From the NCBI GenBank assembly GCA_048884785.1, contig JBHLQM010000010.1, positions 1 through 64,000 on the forward strand: a DNA stretch of 64,000 nucleotides, in the 5' to 3' direction. The DNA comes from Candidatus Thorarchaeota archaeon (lineage in GTDB: Archaea; Asgardarchaeota; Thorarchaeia; Thorarchaeales; Thorarchaeaceae). Of the stretch, positions 11,001 to 18,950 are shown piece by piece. The first letter of the stretch is position 1. Every line of letters starts with the position of its first letter. Below the pieces are notes generated by a model that saw nothing but the letters and a program-made list of their open reading frames with translations, was not told the origin of the DNA and did no database searches. The position numbers were made by a program, and so were the translations under genes.

Positions 11001-12830
11001 TTCAGACATCCAGCTACTCCACATCAAAGAAGGCGTGATCTCCATTCCTTCAAATCCAACTGGTGTTTCTATTGACTGAACATAGGAGGCAATGCCTACT
11101 GGAAGCAATCCCTCGGATATTTCTAGAATTTCCATACTTAGCGCAACTGCACTTGTTTCTTCGGTTTTGCCAATAATATCACTTACTGCTGAATCAAAAC
11201 CAAAACCTCCAGAGGGAAGCTGATTCTGAAGAAGCCAATTCAGGCCATTGGTTCGATTCTCTGAACTAAGAGTTCCAAGCATCTCAAGAGTCAGTAATGC
11301 AGAGGCTGTTCCAAGCAATGGCTCCGAACCAGCCAATATTGAGTTATCAAAAGACCCATCCGCATTGGAGGTACGAGACAGAATCCAACTAGTTAGCTTT
11401 GCAGGATCATCATGTATTTCGCCAAGATAATCCAGTGCAAGGACATACTTCGCGGCATAGGAATTCATCGGAGCCGCTGACGATGGGTTAAACGAAACTC
11501 CGCCCCATAAGTCAGGATTGGATGTGTCACTTAGCGTTACAACACATTCTCGTAGCCAGTTTTCTAGATTGACAGTATTGATGCCTGACAGAGAGCCTGA
11601 TAGGCTTAAGGCTTCGATAGCATAGTACGTTGAGGTCAGGCTGTTTTCAAACCCCCCCTCTGGGGCTTGTCTTGAAGTGATATAGGAAACAACTTCCGTC
11701 TTGCTGAATGACGAGCTTAGCCCAAATGCCTCCATAATCCAAAGACCCTGAGCTGTACTCTTCAATGATATTACGCCTTGTGATGCAAGGTTCATGAATC
11801 CTGCCTCACTTCCGAGATCTTGATACAGGCTACCTAAGAGATCTAGAACTAGTGTGCTATGTGATGATGACCAAGTTAGCCATGCTGATACATTTAGAAT
11901 AGCTTTCATGGAGCGAATTGCATCATATGCAATATCTAGAGAAGGTTCGTGAAAATACTCGAAACCTCCAGTGAGGACACCTTGAGATTGTGCCTGAGAG
12001 ATTGCATCTAGGGTAGGAGTTTCACGCAGAGTTGTTGCATATGAAATTGTATTTACAAAAAGGGCTTTCCCTGAGGAAGTCCACATGTTTGGATCTTCAG
12101 GACCAAAGAGGAGCAAATCTAATGGCCATGAATCATAACGCAGTGGAGATATATCCAGAGATTGTGCACTTCCGATGAGATCTACGATTCGTGATTTTTC
12201 TGATTGAATCTTGGTAACTGGCAACGAAACAGACTCAGTTGTAAGAAGAGTCCCGTTTGAGATTAAATAGGGCATTGAAAGGAAGACCGCTCCGGTGAAC
12301 GCGGGTGTGGTGAAGAGATAATGTGACGCCGGAGCGGTCAAAAGGGGTGAATTCTCGCCTTTTAGAATAGGAAGTAACCAAGCTGATTGTCCAACCAAAA
12401 TAACGGGTTTATCGATTTGTACTAAGTAGGACAGAAATGTACTGGAGACTAGAGAACCATTTTCAGAGCCTAGACTACCATCGATTATCACAGCAATCGC
12501 ATCATCCAGCGGCGTAGGATTCAGCAAAAGCTCGGAAACTTCGTGCAGCTCCGCAACAATTCCTTCTGATTTGCAGAGTTGCAAAAGTGCCTCACCATGC
12601 GCCTCCACGCTCTGACCAGAATACTGAATGATGATGTACGTGCCTAACGAAACATGCACTCCAGAAGTGGCAGAAGTCGCAAAAGGAGCCGACATTGGGG
12701 ACATGGTGTTATCGAGTGGTATTGTGCCGGCACTTCCGATGCTATTAGTTGGTGAGACTGAGAATGACAAAAGAATTGTCATGAAGACCACCAATGCAAC
12801 AATATGAGCACTCCTCATTTGCATTTTCAC
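5019..12830 (-). CDS. Giant secreted, membrane-anchored protein: prenyltransferase/squalene-cyclase-like repeats followed by many Ig-like repeats
   Basis: Signal peptide; QAPEGGF, NADGSF and QLPSGGFG repeats in the first ~870 aa; repeated L.D..G.P+.G...T+.TG...G.Y.+...+.G units; C-terminal TM plus RRK. Confidence 0.8.
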   Translation of the reverse strand: MKMQMRSAHIVALVVFMTILLSFSVSPTNSIGSAGTIPLDNTMSPMSAPFATSATSGVHVSLGTYIIIQYSGQSVEAHGEALLQLCKSEGIVAELHEVSELLLNPTPLDDAIAVIIDGSLGSENGSLVSSTFLSYLVQIDKPVILVGQSAWLLPILKGENSPLLTAPASHYLFTTPAFTGAVFLSMPYLISNGTLLTTESVSLPVTKIQSEKSRIVDLIGSAQSLDISPLRYDSWPLDLLLFGPEDPNMWTSSGKALFVNTISYATTLRETPTLDAISQAQSQGVLTGGFEYFHEPSLDIAYDAIRSMKAILNVSAWLTWSSSHSTLVLDLLGSLYQDLGSEAGFMNLASQGVISLKSTAQGLWIMEAFGLSSSFSKTEVVSYITSRQAPEGGFENSLTSTYYAIEALSLSGSLSGINTVNLENWLRECVVTLSDTSNPDLWGGVSFNPSSAAPMNSYAAKYVLALDYLGEIHDDPAKLTSWILSRTSNADGSFDNSILAGSEPLLGTASALLTLEMLGTLSSENRTNGLNWLLQNQLPSGGFGFDSAVSDIIGKTEETSAVALSMEILEISEGLLPVGIASYVQSIETPVGFEGMEITPSLMWSSWMSEISRWSHGGSIVDNQAVELYLSLFSSWAQYPLWNNLSAYLAREYWIDQYNAKGVWSHYFGLSALSSTGSTISGDVIGDAVSYLAQCQQISGHYKPASLGGTAHMQSSVAAIEALYLIGSLDTIQYRSALETALLSEYSSGTWDSSGWTVLPFAADKSSIDWLSTRAALRLGIIDSMMASEIGATIASRIQYDDLWALSRDVAALALLNTSYPISLEIIDRQQILDALGPAPFSDGWLNSTPLWQPIYTAGVLEMLSILGLRPALFAPDGSIINASVNPTTEEGTLADIFISISSPLAMHTVYVWAFDEWTEFKNVANTDTISLEIPGGFSVLGPHNISLMVWDRSSSRSYDRAMLVIEGVLVGSLSLETLSVFQGDQINGTATWNLESGADAGTTQVIIRLGDLSQYQQWTYYVSSPFSFSIPTDDFSSGDHNITVYLNNSLCDILELQKPVSIQAAYLTYITATEALIGTVDNYVNISWSLHFQENGTLIPGQSVGLLVEDSSHQIIHTDTLISTSLGGEFQWIPSARGNYSFRLIFQRNGTLESSSFIGSIGVFENTEIHWDVAGLYSQYDTVKFSSSISTPNGEYLANLNLHVRVLSPSMSVLYDGFLVSNSTGQISLYILLSENGNYLFNATFYGSGYLIETSTSVIVISWSSSTLSSGGIPSDGLINTTWTIWAILQDSEGAPVIGVPVSLRIVYVPSTTIIDTTLTTNTTGGCSYQWKAASPGSYQILLEYAGSSSRQSVQDSMQSFLRVPVTLSIAGSSGYEVGAGGWSLIQASNHLGAGVSGLQIMFVVRDPQGSIVFSTSGNTAGGFLNISWIPTVRGQNSISLSSQQTPIYSSALCLCYIGVYEAVIVSIQLLDDAIAPSTSAISVAVVDTTANPIEGIDVYTLVLLDGLIIIDKYNTTPSNGIVLHSTNLNSPGILSIQVSIAAQGWILACDTQRLYSVLGRTTISIDFNGLPVDQGTTVGFQAFLVDWNSTPMNGATIQYFVKISNGTIILSGTRTTGYDGTCAFAYTFNNLGDFIILVIYQGTGLNNSTSSQVVQRVLTDPVLILTLSPTALLGSQVTIQIGILDGLDQWLSGRNLRIVISVDGNTVFESLLPSTTGLSTIHWTPNQRGIAIVELSYSGDSYVLAGLIQSSISIMEQVSGVLQIQPDVLDLGNTSVFIYQITSSTSPSGIEVLFEVLDVDLVSIWSQVAFTNTSGFAVSSYTPTDVIGVLTIRVAPSEDQLLIGGETQEEIVVKTHCTLAVELEPAPASLGGNLNISIECIDDLGGPIDGLQVRVYLNYLGQPVKLGTFTNWVALTTVNGIAKIEFTPQYSGSYQVIVESSGNIAVHSFYYEAYHIVHNPTSLEFVSIVNDLEVGENLKVVVLLSNYYGDPLIGRTVTLSLGTILGPVDLITNSTGHVEWTPAVDQEGLWQISAHFDGVGVYLPATITEDVDVRYGTQIFVSRITNETLVAGVTPLAVAVLLEDTGGTPLEGRTVRYQVYHDSHGLLYQDSFVQIGQTPEILEITLDRYGNYTILFSFAGTVHYHPSSTALSVFVMGTSAISIAGDVSIDRSLNQNITIFILDELDSILTPANIILDLLRNGVSIEIGSRLVISSDKLKLSILGLQVGEYELNATLPTTVGRLGTTRVFSFNITATTKIDIIESGLNGLIGQLHSIDLMIVDSLGTSIEDAHVYISLYDPSGKEVYGNILTTRTLVIAKTGSVSVSWIPSMVGNYSLFIEFEEDAFRGYSNLSLIVLTRYETNMDITLPEGSVYPHSLRLMVTLSGGLGKVSGASLVVLLYLNSLEANSYSLVTDIRGLAQIDIVPEFAGNYTVVVSYAGNERYAASTRTLYFIIEPSPVVDISIGKSLYVGVNGSIIVAIDIQGARYDWIGTLIIQIIDPYGEVSKTVQAGVSAVSSKEVYFTPNSEGLYRILAFVEQIPIIGMTNASKDIMISVLLTSLEMDVGTFPVVSGGAVLGVIGLILRRKLKGSIDSLSVEWDS

Positions 12831-12844
12831 ACTCCTGAGGGGTT

Positions 12845-12941
12845 CCCGGCCTTGGGCGGAGAACGGGCGTCTGCATTAGATTGACACTGTTGGCATGCAT
12901 CAACGTCGGGGGATGCTCCAACCCAGGCCGGGCTCTTTTTT
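12845..12941. ncRNA. Candidate structured RNA / long GC-rich stem-loop
   Basis: CCCGGCCTTGGGCGGAG (12845-12861) pairs with CTCCAACCCAGGCCGGG (12916-12932), followed by a T tract on the plus strand. Confidence 0.4.
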
Positions 12942-12945
12942 GACC

Positions 12946-13554
12946 TCACAGGAATCCCCCCATTAGTTGCCAGTATATGATTGCAAAGCCTGCAACCACC
13001 AATACCAGCTCAAGTGATCCACTTCTAGGACGCTGCTTTAGGGCTGACAGTACCAATCCAGCATCGCCACTACGCAGAGAGCTATTGTAGAAAACTCCAC
13101 ACGCCACGTAAATGCAAATTGCTGTCCATGCAAGGTCAAGTATTAATGCAAATGGAAGTATCAGCAGTGTTAGGGCCACAAAAACTGAGAGTACAACATT
13201 TGCATAAAGCGCGAGGATAAGAACAGATACTCTTGGGGGATGCTCCACCTGAATAAACAAGTTTAGCTCTCCATATGTTGTAGAGCCGCTAATGCGGTCG
13301 ATCTTGATTCCTGCAATCCGAGATACTGCATAGCGAATCCCCGTATAGATTAGAGTACCTGGGAGAAATACTACAGATAGAAAGGTCATCAGAGGATTTC
13401 TGAACCAGTCTTCAAATTCCCTCTTCTGACCTTTTAATAGTAACAGACCCCGTATTAGCGTGACAATCACCAGAATTGGCGGTGTCCACTGTACAGCAAA
13501 GTAAAGGTTCCCTATCACTAGTGTTACTATATCAATCTGCATCCCTTTGTTCAC
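12946..13554 (-). CDS. Membrane protein resembling membrane zincin metalloproteases but lacking HExxH
   Basis: About 5 TM segments. FLPGTLIYTGIRYAVSRIAGIKI aligns with the typical FPGT++HE..H....+.G+K+ pattern. Confidence 0.5.
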   Translation of the reverse strand: MNKGMQIDIVTLVIGNLYFAVQWTPPILVIVTLIRGLLLLKGQKREFEDWFRNPLMTFLSVVFLPGTLIYTGIRYAVSRIAGIKIDRISGSTTYGELNLFIQVEHPPRVSVLILALYANVVLSVFVALTLLILPFALILDLAWTAICIYVACGVFYNSSLRSGDAGLVLSALKQRPRSGSLELVLVVAGFAIIYWQLMGGFL

Positions 13555-13558
13555 CTCG

Positions 13559-13579
13559 GGGATGAAAGGATTTCATCCC
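13559..13579. promoter_or_regulatory. Perfect 9-bp inverted repeat just upstream of the RBS/start of 12946..13554
   Basis: GGGATGAAA-GGA-TTTCATCCC. Confidence 0.45.
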
Positions 13580-13737
13580 TCTATGACATCGCTCACTATC
13601 TACAACTCCATCAGTGTAAAACTAGGTTTCTTATGCTAGGTTTGAGAAGATAGAATCATTGAAATCGATTATAAAGGTCTATAATTGCTTCTTGCACAAA
13701 TTAAAGCATAATAATAACCTTTTTTACATATGATAAA

Positions 13738-13755
13738 GTTATAAGCCATTATAAC
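13738..13755. promoter_or_regulatory. Palindrome in AT-rich divergent promoter region
   Basis: GTTATAA-GCCA-TTATAAC. Confidence 0.45.
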
Positions 13756-13795
13756 ATGTTAATATACTATCAAGTTGGTGCAGTGAGCAGATATA

Positions 13796-15424
13796 GTGTT
13801 GACAAAAATGGGGAAATCAGTAGAGAGCTACCTCAATATGAAGAGTAGATATTTCACTGACGAACATATCATCAAGAATCTCATCGGCAGCAAAACTGCA
13901 AAGCCACCAAAACTCGACATCCTGAAACTGGAGAAACGCGTAGGCCTTCCGGCTATACCAAAAGGAGCTGCGCGTGAGAGTGACATTTCAAGAGGACTCG
14001 GAAACCCATCTGCCGTTGGACTGACCTTGAGCGATTCGACTTTCCATGGCCAGGTAAAATCCCTGATTCCGGAGTTTCTTTCTGAGTTTGAATCTAGTCT
14101 TGTCTATTTCGCCAAACGAGCCATCTTGGGAAACCTACCAAGGAGCGCATCGTGGCTCACGAACCAACAAGACATTGATTATCTGACCGCTGCATTATTC
14201 GTGATTCATATGATCGGAATAGGCACAGACAACAGAGTAGATTGGATAAGACTAATGCATGAGCCAAGAGAGGGCCCTACAGGTCGTACTCGTTTTGAAA
14301 GACTCATACCTAGAGTAGATTCATCTCTGATACCGGACAATCCTCCATTTGTAAGTCATTCTAAAGAAAGAATTATGGCATTGAATTATGCTCCGCTTGT
14401 TGAGATTTGCAGAGCGCTCTCTTCTCACACGAAGCCTCATCTATTAACCAGAGTCGAAGTTTCAAAGATACTCAATATGCCATGGAATACTGCAAGATAC
14501 CGAATAGCTCTCATAGATCTGTTGCTCTCTGAGAATTTCATACCTGTATATAGGAATCTGGGATTGAAACGCAGATGGATTCTAACTCGGGAACGGAAGA
14601 AGCTGGATGCTTCTCCAGGGCTTCTTCAGAGATTGAAGTTAAGATATGGCGAGTTTGGGGCAGCATTTGTGTATGCGGAAAAGGATGAATCAGAAGGACC
14701 TTGGCGTTTGTCCCTTGGAGCGAAACAATACGTGACTGAGAATGAAACCATTTCATTTAGAATGGACTTATACAATCAGAAAGAGCGACATTGGATTTTC
14801 AGGCCATGGGAGAATCCTGAAAGTTGGATGAAAAAGCCAAACATTTGGAATGGTGACAACACAAAGTGGTTGGTCAGAAAAACTGATGTGATCACCAAAA
14901 ATGGGGATCTTTTGAAACCTCAAAAGATGCGCTTATTTTCATCATTACTGGCAAATCGAGGTTCTTTGACCTATAGAAAAATGCTTCTCGGACTTCTTGG
15001 ATCTAAGAGCACAACCATGAAGCAAAGAACTGACACCCTTTGTTCAGAAGGAGCACTAACTGTTCTATATCACCCTTCGCTTGATTATGCAGGACTACCT
15101 GAAGGAATCCTTGTGGCGATCTCCGGACTCGAGAAGAAATCATTGAGTGCCATTTCAAAATGGTTCATGGGATCGATGCCTTACTTGCATATGTTCGATG
15201 GGCAGAAGGGAGACTTCCTAGCAATAATTCGACTCCCTGAATTCAGCACAGGAATTACCATTAGTTTTCTGAATGAGTTTCTTCAAAGCAAGGAGCTGGG
15301 CTTCCGAATTGAAACTCCATTTCACATCAACTCAATTGAAGAGTCAAGAACATATGATTTGACAATGACGAGCAAACTGTTCGATGAAAAAAAGAGAGTT
15401 TGGCTTGATTCCTGGAAACATTGA
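13796..15424 (+). CDS. Hypothetical basic protein, probably with tandem degenerate HTH/Lrp-like modules
   Basis: TRVEVSKILNMPWNTARYRI is HTH-like; the P.Y..LGL / PSLDYAGL repeats resemble Lrp/AsnC-like regulators. Confidence 0.45.
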   Translation: MLTKMGKSVESYLNMKSRYFTDEHIIKNLIGSKTAKPPKLDILKLEKRVGLPAIPKGAARESDISRGLGNPSAVGLTLSDSTFHGQVKSLIPEFLSEFESSLVYFAKRAILGNLPRSASWLTNQQDIDYLTAALFVIHMIGIGTDNRVDWIRLMHEPREGPTGRTRFERLIPRVDSSLIPDNPPFVSHSKERIMALNYAPLVEICRALSSHTKPHLLTRVEVSKILNMPWNTARYRIALIDLLLSENFIPVYRNLGLKRRWILTRERKKLDASPGLLQRLKLRYGEFGAAFVYAEKDESEGPWRLSLGAKQYVTENETISFRMDLYNQKERHWIFRPWENPESWMKKPNIWNGDNTKWLVRKTDVITKNGDLLKPQKMRLFSSLLANRGSLTYRKMLLGLLGSKSTTMKQRTDTLCSEGALTVLYHPSLDYAGLPEGILVAISGLEKKSLSAISKWFMGSMPYLHMFDGQKGDFLAIIRLPEFSTGITISFLNEFLQSKELGFRIETPFHINSIEESRTYDLTMTSKLFDEKKRVWLDSWKH

Positions 15425-15577
15425 TTATTTCCCTTTTTCCGATGATGAACGAAGTTGCTGAATATACCTTAGCCAGACAAGCCTTCTGCTGCACATCCCT
15501 CTAGAGCATCCATAATACGTGTAGTCTTGACATTCAATACAGGGGAACTCAGGTAGGCTCTTCAGAGTTCTAGCCAT
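15425..15577 (-). CDS. Small Cys-rich (putative Zn-binding) protein, last gene of the operon
   Basis: ATG 15577 lies just after the FEN1-like stop; CIEC...C....C. Confidence 0.5.
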   Translation of the reverse strand: MARTLKSLPEFPCIECQDYTYYGCSRGMCSRRLVWLRYIQQLRSSSEKGK

Positions 15578-15581
15578 TTTA

Positions 15582-16574
15582 TCACACCCACTGCTCAAGA
15601 GTTGTTTGCTCCTTTCCAAAATCCTTCCATAATTTCAAAATATGATTTGACTGCCTTTCTGCGTTCTCTTGGCCTATAATAGGTTCCAATAGGTGAATCA
15701 GTTTCGGAACCAAAGGAGGATTCAGATTGGTGATTACTCCATTTAATGAAATATAATTTGCTTCTTCAAACATAGATCTTGCATTGACATAGCCTTCAAT
15801 TTCAGATTTTGAATATCCCTTTGAGCGAAGTAGGCCAACTAAACCACCATATCTCTGAAGAAGTACCACTCCTTTACGAGGGCCGACACCTTTGACTCCA
15901 TCTCTATGAAAATCACACCCACAGATAATTGCCAAATCCCGAAGATAATCCAAGGGCAGATCAACTGATTCCTGGAGATCCTTGAGCGTACATCTCTCAA
16001 TCAATCCGTTACCAAACTGAATGGTTCGAGTAACATGAGGACTTCCGAAGAGAAGAGCATCTAAATCATTTGAAAGAACTGTACCTACTAGACTCTCTCG
16101 ACACATAACCGCCGCCATCATTTCTGCTTCAGATGGCGCAGTGACCTGCGGAACGCCGATTGCATTGCATAGATCCTTGAGATAGTTCACCGCGAAGTAC
16201 CATCGAAGCGCTCTACTCTCCACCAACTGTTCTGCAATTCTAGCGTCATTGATATTGTGGGACTCTGAGAATTGATGATACAATAGGGAAGCTGCTTGAA
16301 GTAAGGAAGGATTTGAGGGTCTCTTCAAATTCTCCGGAGGACCATCGAAAACGAATACTGGTAGTATCTTCATGGCAAGGCTGGATCGAATAGTACTAAA
16401 TGCAAGAGAGATTTGAGCGGTAGGAATTCTCTCAATACTCAGCTTTGCCTGATACTCGAATGCCTGTACTCTTCTTGTCAGGTAATTAGGCGCATCTATT
16501 GCCATGCTACGAGGCCGAAATTCATCATATGGTACCCATCGCCACGGTACGAAATCCCAATTTTTCACACCCAC
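15582..16574 (-). CDS. FEN1/XPG-family 5' structure-specific nuclease with C-terminal PIP box
   Basis: MGVK start (GTG 16574), IDA, PVFVFDG, APSEAE, SNDLDALLFG, CGCDF, H2TH GVKGVGPRKG, C-terminal QTTLEQWV. Confidence 0.9.
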   Translation of the reverse strand: MGVKNWDFVPWRWVPYDEFRPRSMAIDAPNYLTRRVQAFEYQAKLSIERIPTAQISLAFSTIRSSLAMKILPVFVFDGPPENLKRPSNPSLLQAASLLYHQFSESHNINDARIAEQLVESRALRWYFAVNYLKDLCNAIGVPQVTAPSEAEMMAAVMCRESLVGTVLSNDLDALLFGSPHVTRTIQFGNGLIERCTLKDLQESVDLPLDYLRDLAIICGCDFHRDGVKGVGPRKGVVLLQRYGGLVGLLRSKGYSKSEIEGYVNARSMFEEANYISLNGVITNLNPPLVPKLIHLLEPIIGQENAERQSNHILKLWKDFGKEQTTLEQWV

Positions 16575-16586
16575 TAGTGTCACAAC

Positions 16587-17318
16587 CTAGGCTGCCTTCA
16601 AAGAACGAATTCCCCTGTGTCCTAGCCGTACAATAACACCACCGGGATTAGGTATGATAGGTGTCCTCTCCACACATACCTTGACACCCTCATTAATTTC
16701 ACTAAGGGTACTTACACCTATTACCGTATCAACAGCATGTTCAATCACATTCCCCCCAATAGGGCGTGATTCACCTGTTAACCAATTACGAGCTGAATGG
16801 TCAGTCAGCATCATATGTATATTAGTATCAAGCACTACGCCTCTAACGACTTCCAGAGTCCTAAAGAGTTCTCTCTGGCGTTCCTTCGTTCCAGGGGGCC
16901 TACTCATGTTTAGCACGCTAGTTAGACTATCTAGCACAATCACTGCAATACTATCGATCCCTTGGCTTTGGACCACCAAATCTTCAACATCCGTTAGGTT
17001 GAACACAGATCCAATCTTGATTCTATGAAGGCTTTGATTCGAGTCGGTGCCGCACAGAACTCGTCCAAGCTGTGGGCTGAAATTTGATCCAGAATCGAGA
17101 TAGATAGCGTTTCTGTTTGCCATAGCGGCACCGATGACAACTGAATGTGCAATTGCAGTAAGCGGAAAGCGTTCTTCTCCATGAACGACGCTCATCTGAC
17201 CTGGAAGTATGATGCGTCCAATGATATTATCAAGAACTCTGGGTTTCAATTTAAATAAGGGAGCTGAGCTCACTTCGATTTCGTCTAGACTCTTTGATTC
17301 AATTGGCAGCCTGCTCAC
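16587..17318 (-). CDS. Rad51/RadB-like RecA-fold paralog with degenerate Walker A
   Basis: YLDSGSNFSP, VIVLDSLT, ERQRELF and RPIGGNVIEH motifs; the Walker A position reads HGEERFPLT (no GKT). Confidence 0.75.
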   Translation of the reverse strand: MSRLPIESKSLDEIEVSSAPLFKLKPRVLDNIIGRIILPGQMSVVHGEERFPLTAIAHSVVIGAAMANRNAIYLDSGSNFSPQLGRVLCGTDSNQSLHRIKIGSVFNLTDVEDLVVQSQGIDSIAVIVLDSLTSVLNMSRPPGTKERQRELFRTLEVVRGVVLDTNIHMMLTDHSARNWLTGESRPIGGNVIEHAVDTVIGVSTLSEINEGVKVCVERTPIIPNPGGVIVRLGHRGIRSLKAA

Positions 17319-18279
17319 CCCCTGCTTGAGACAGCATTAATGAAATAGTTCCAAGGTCACGTCCCAATATGATGCGTTCGAGGAATTCTGAGGGAATGTC
17401 TTTTGCCTCAATACCCGGAACACTTTCACGTCTAGTAACTGCACGTAATCCATCCGGATGAGGAAATATCATCAAACGCTCTGGTTGCTGTTTAAGCAGA
17501 ACTTCAACTGATTTCTCATTAACCGCCAAAACATAGTCAGACATTTCCAGACCATCATGAACATCGAGAAGAGGCATTAATAGGACAGCCTTCCTCAATA
17601 AAGGTGAAGTCTGTTCAATCTCACTTACACCTGCATCAGCCAAGACCTTTTTGACTTGCTGGCTCAATCCGATGCCTCCCTTCTCTCTTATTATTAATAC
17701 ATCGATGAATTCGAAGTGTGAGAGGATAGCTGGTAGTAGAGGCCTGTCGCGTAATACGGAAACTACTTTGCCAAAAGAACCTCTTGGCAACAGAAGGACA
17801 TCCAGCTTCTGACGTGTTATAAATGCCCACATAGCCAAGTCGTAATCTAGACCAGTTCGAAGCCCATTACTCCTGAAGGCAACAGCCAAATCCGCTGCAA
17901 GGTGCAAGCGTTCTTTGAGCTCAGTTGGATCTCTAACAATCATGCAGCCAAGAACCGAAAAGCCCGCACCCGCCAGTGAGATTAAGAGTCCGTAGGGAAG
18001 AAGTCCGACTAATAGTACGAAGAAAAGATACACCACCGTGCCCCATGCTGTCACATCTAAGAGAGTTTCAATGATAGGAGACTTTGGATTATAGAGTGAC
18101 ACAACTCGCTGCATTACCAGTGTGACTCCCACCACTGCAAGGAAAGGCATTACATTACCCAATCGCATGCTTACAACAACCCAGCTGACAGAGCCTAGGA
18201 TTTGTGATGCCATTATTATAGCCACACCGGCGATTATCCCATAGCTAAATAGACGAAAGAATGTCCCTCTGAACATCAT
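17299..18279 (-). CDS. Membrane protein (4 N-terminal TMs plus soluble domain)
   Basis: Hydrophobic first ~115 aa; overlaps both neighbours. Confidence 0.7.
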   Translation of the reverse strand: MMFRGTFFRLFSYGIIAGVAIIMASQILGSVSWVVVSMRLGNVMPFLAVVGVTLVMQRVVSLYNPKSPIIETLLDVTAWGTVVYLFFVLLVGLLPYGLLISLAGAGFSVLGCMIVRDPTELKERLHLAADLAVAFRSNGLRTGLDYDLAMWAFITRQKLDVLLLPRGSFGKVVSVLRDRPLLPAILSHFEFIDVLIIREKGGIGLSQQVKKVLADAGVSEIEQTSPLLRKAVLLMPLLDVHDGLEMSDYVLAVNEKSVEVLLKQQPERLMIFPHPDGLRAVTRRESVPGIEAKDIPSEFLERIILGRDLGTISLMLSQAGGEQAAN

Positions 18280-18950
18280 GAAGCCTCCATTGATACCCTT
18301 GATATACTGAATGATACCCCACCTGATGAAGAAAGGTGAAGATTGCCAATATGCTCACGGGGTGACCCATCTGCACTTGCAGTATAGATTTGGGAGACCT
18401 GACTTCCAGATCTTCTTTCCAGTATTAGATTAATATCTGCCCAGGAATCCAGCTTCTCATGATATACCGCCCGAACACCCATCTCTGATTCTCTGGTTTC
18501 GCTAATGAGCAAAATGCATAGATTCTTGGTCATACATAATCCGGCTAGAGTAGGCAGAGCTTCTTCAAACAATGACTGACCCCAAAGTATCTTTTCCTTG
18601 CGTGACATATCTAAAACTCTTGTAATCGAATCTATCACTACCATTCCGGTATTATTCCGGAGTCTACGGGCTGTGTCCAATATCGCGGATTTTGTTTCAG
18701 ATGCATTGGCTACTTGAGTGATAGTTAGATTAGATTCTATTCCTCCGTAGTACGCCATATTGTTTTTCAGATGTACAAGGAAACCAATCTTACCATCTGT
18801 AGAGAGCCAGTCAATGTGACGAGTCCTTGACCTGGAAGAAGCCAATGCAGCGGCAAATAGAGTCTTCCCTGACCCAGGACTTCCGGCAACGTGTATTATG
18901 CCGTTTGTATTGGCAAGTGTAGCAATATATTCATCAGTCAGATGTAGCAT
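18276..18950 (-). CDS. Rad51/RadB-like RecA-fold ATPase (core only)
   Basis: Walker A GSPGSGKT, Walker B VVIDSI, LLISE, ADINLILER. ORF extends to 19007; likely ATG 18950. Confidence 0.75.
   Translation of the reverse strand: MLHLTDEYIATLANTNGIIHVAGSPGSGKTLFAAALASSRSRTRHIDWLSTDGKIGFLVHLKNNMAYYGGIESNLTITQVANASETKSAILDTARRLRNNTGMVVIDSITRVLDMSRKEKILWGQSLFEEALPTLAGLCMTKNLCILLISETRESEMGVRAVYHEKLDSWADINLILERRSGSQVSQIYTASADGSPREHIGNLHLSSSGGVSFSISRVSMEAS

Noticed and set aside
5019-12830. Alpha-2-macroglobulin or squalene-hopene cyclase call for the giant protein
   Set aside because: No CGEQ thioester or DxDD motif seen, and the domain order differs from A2M.
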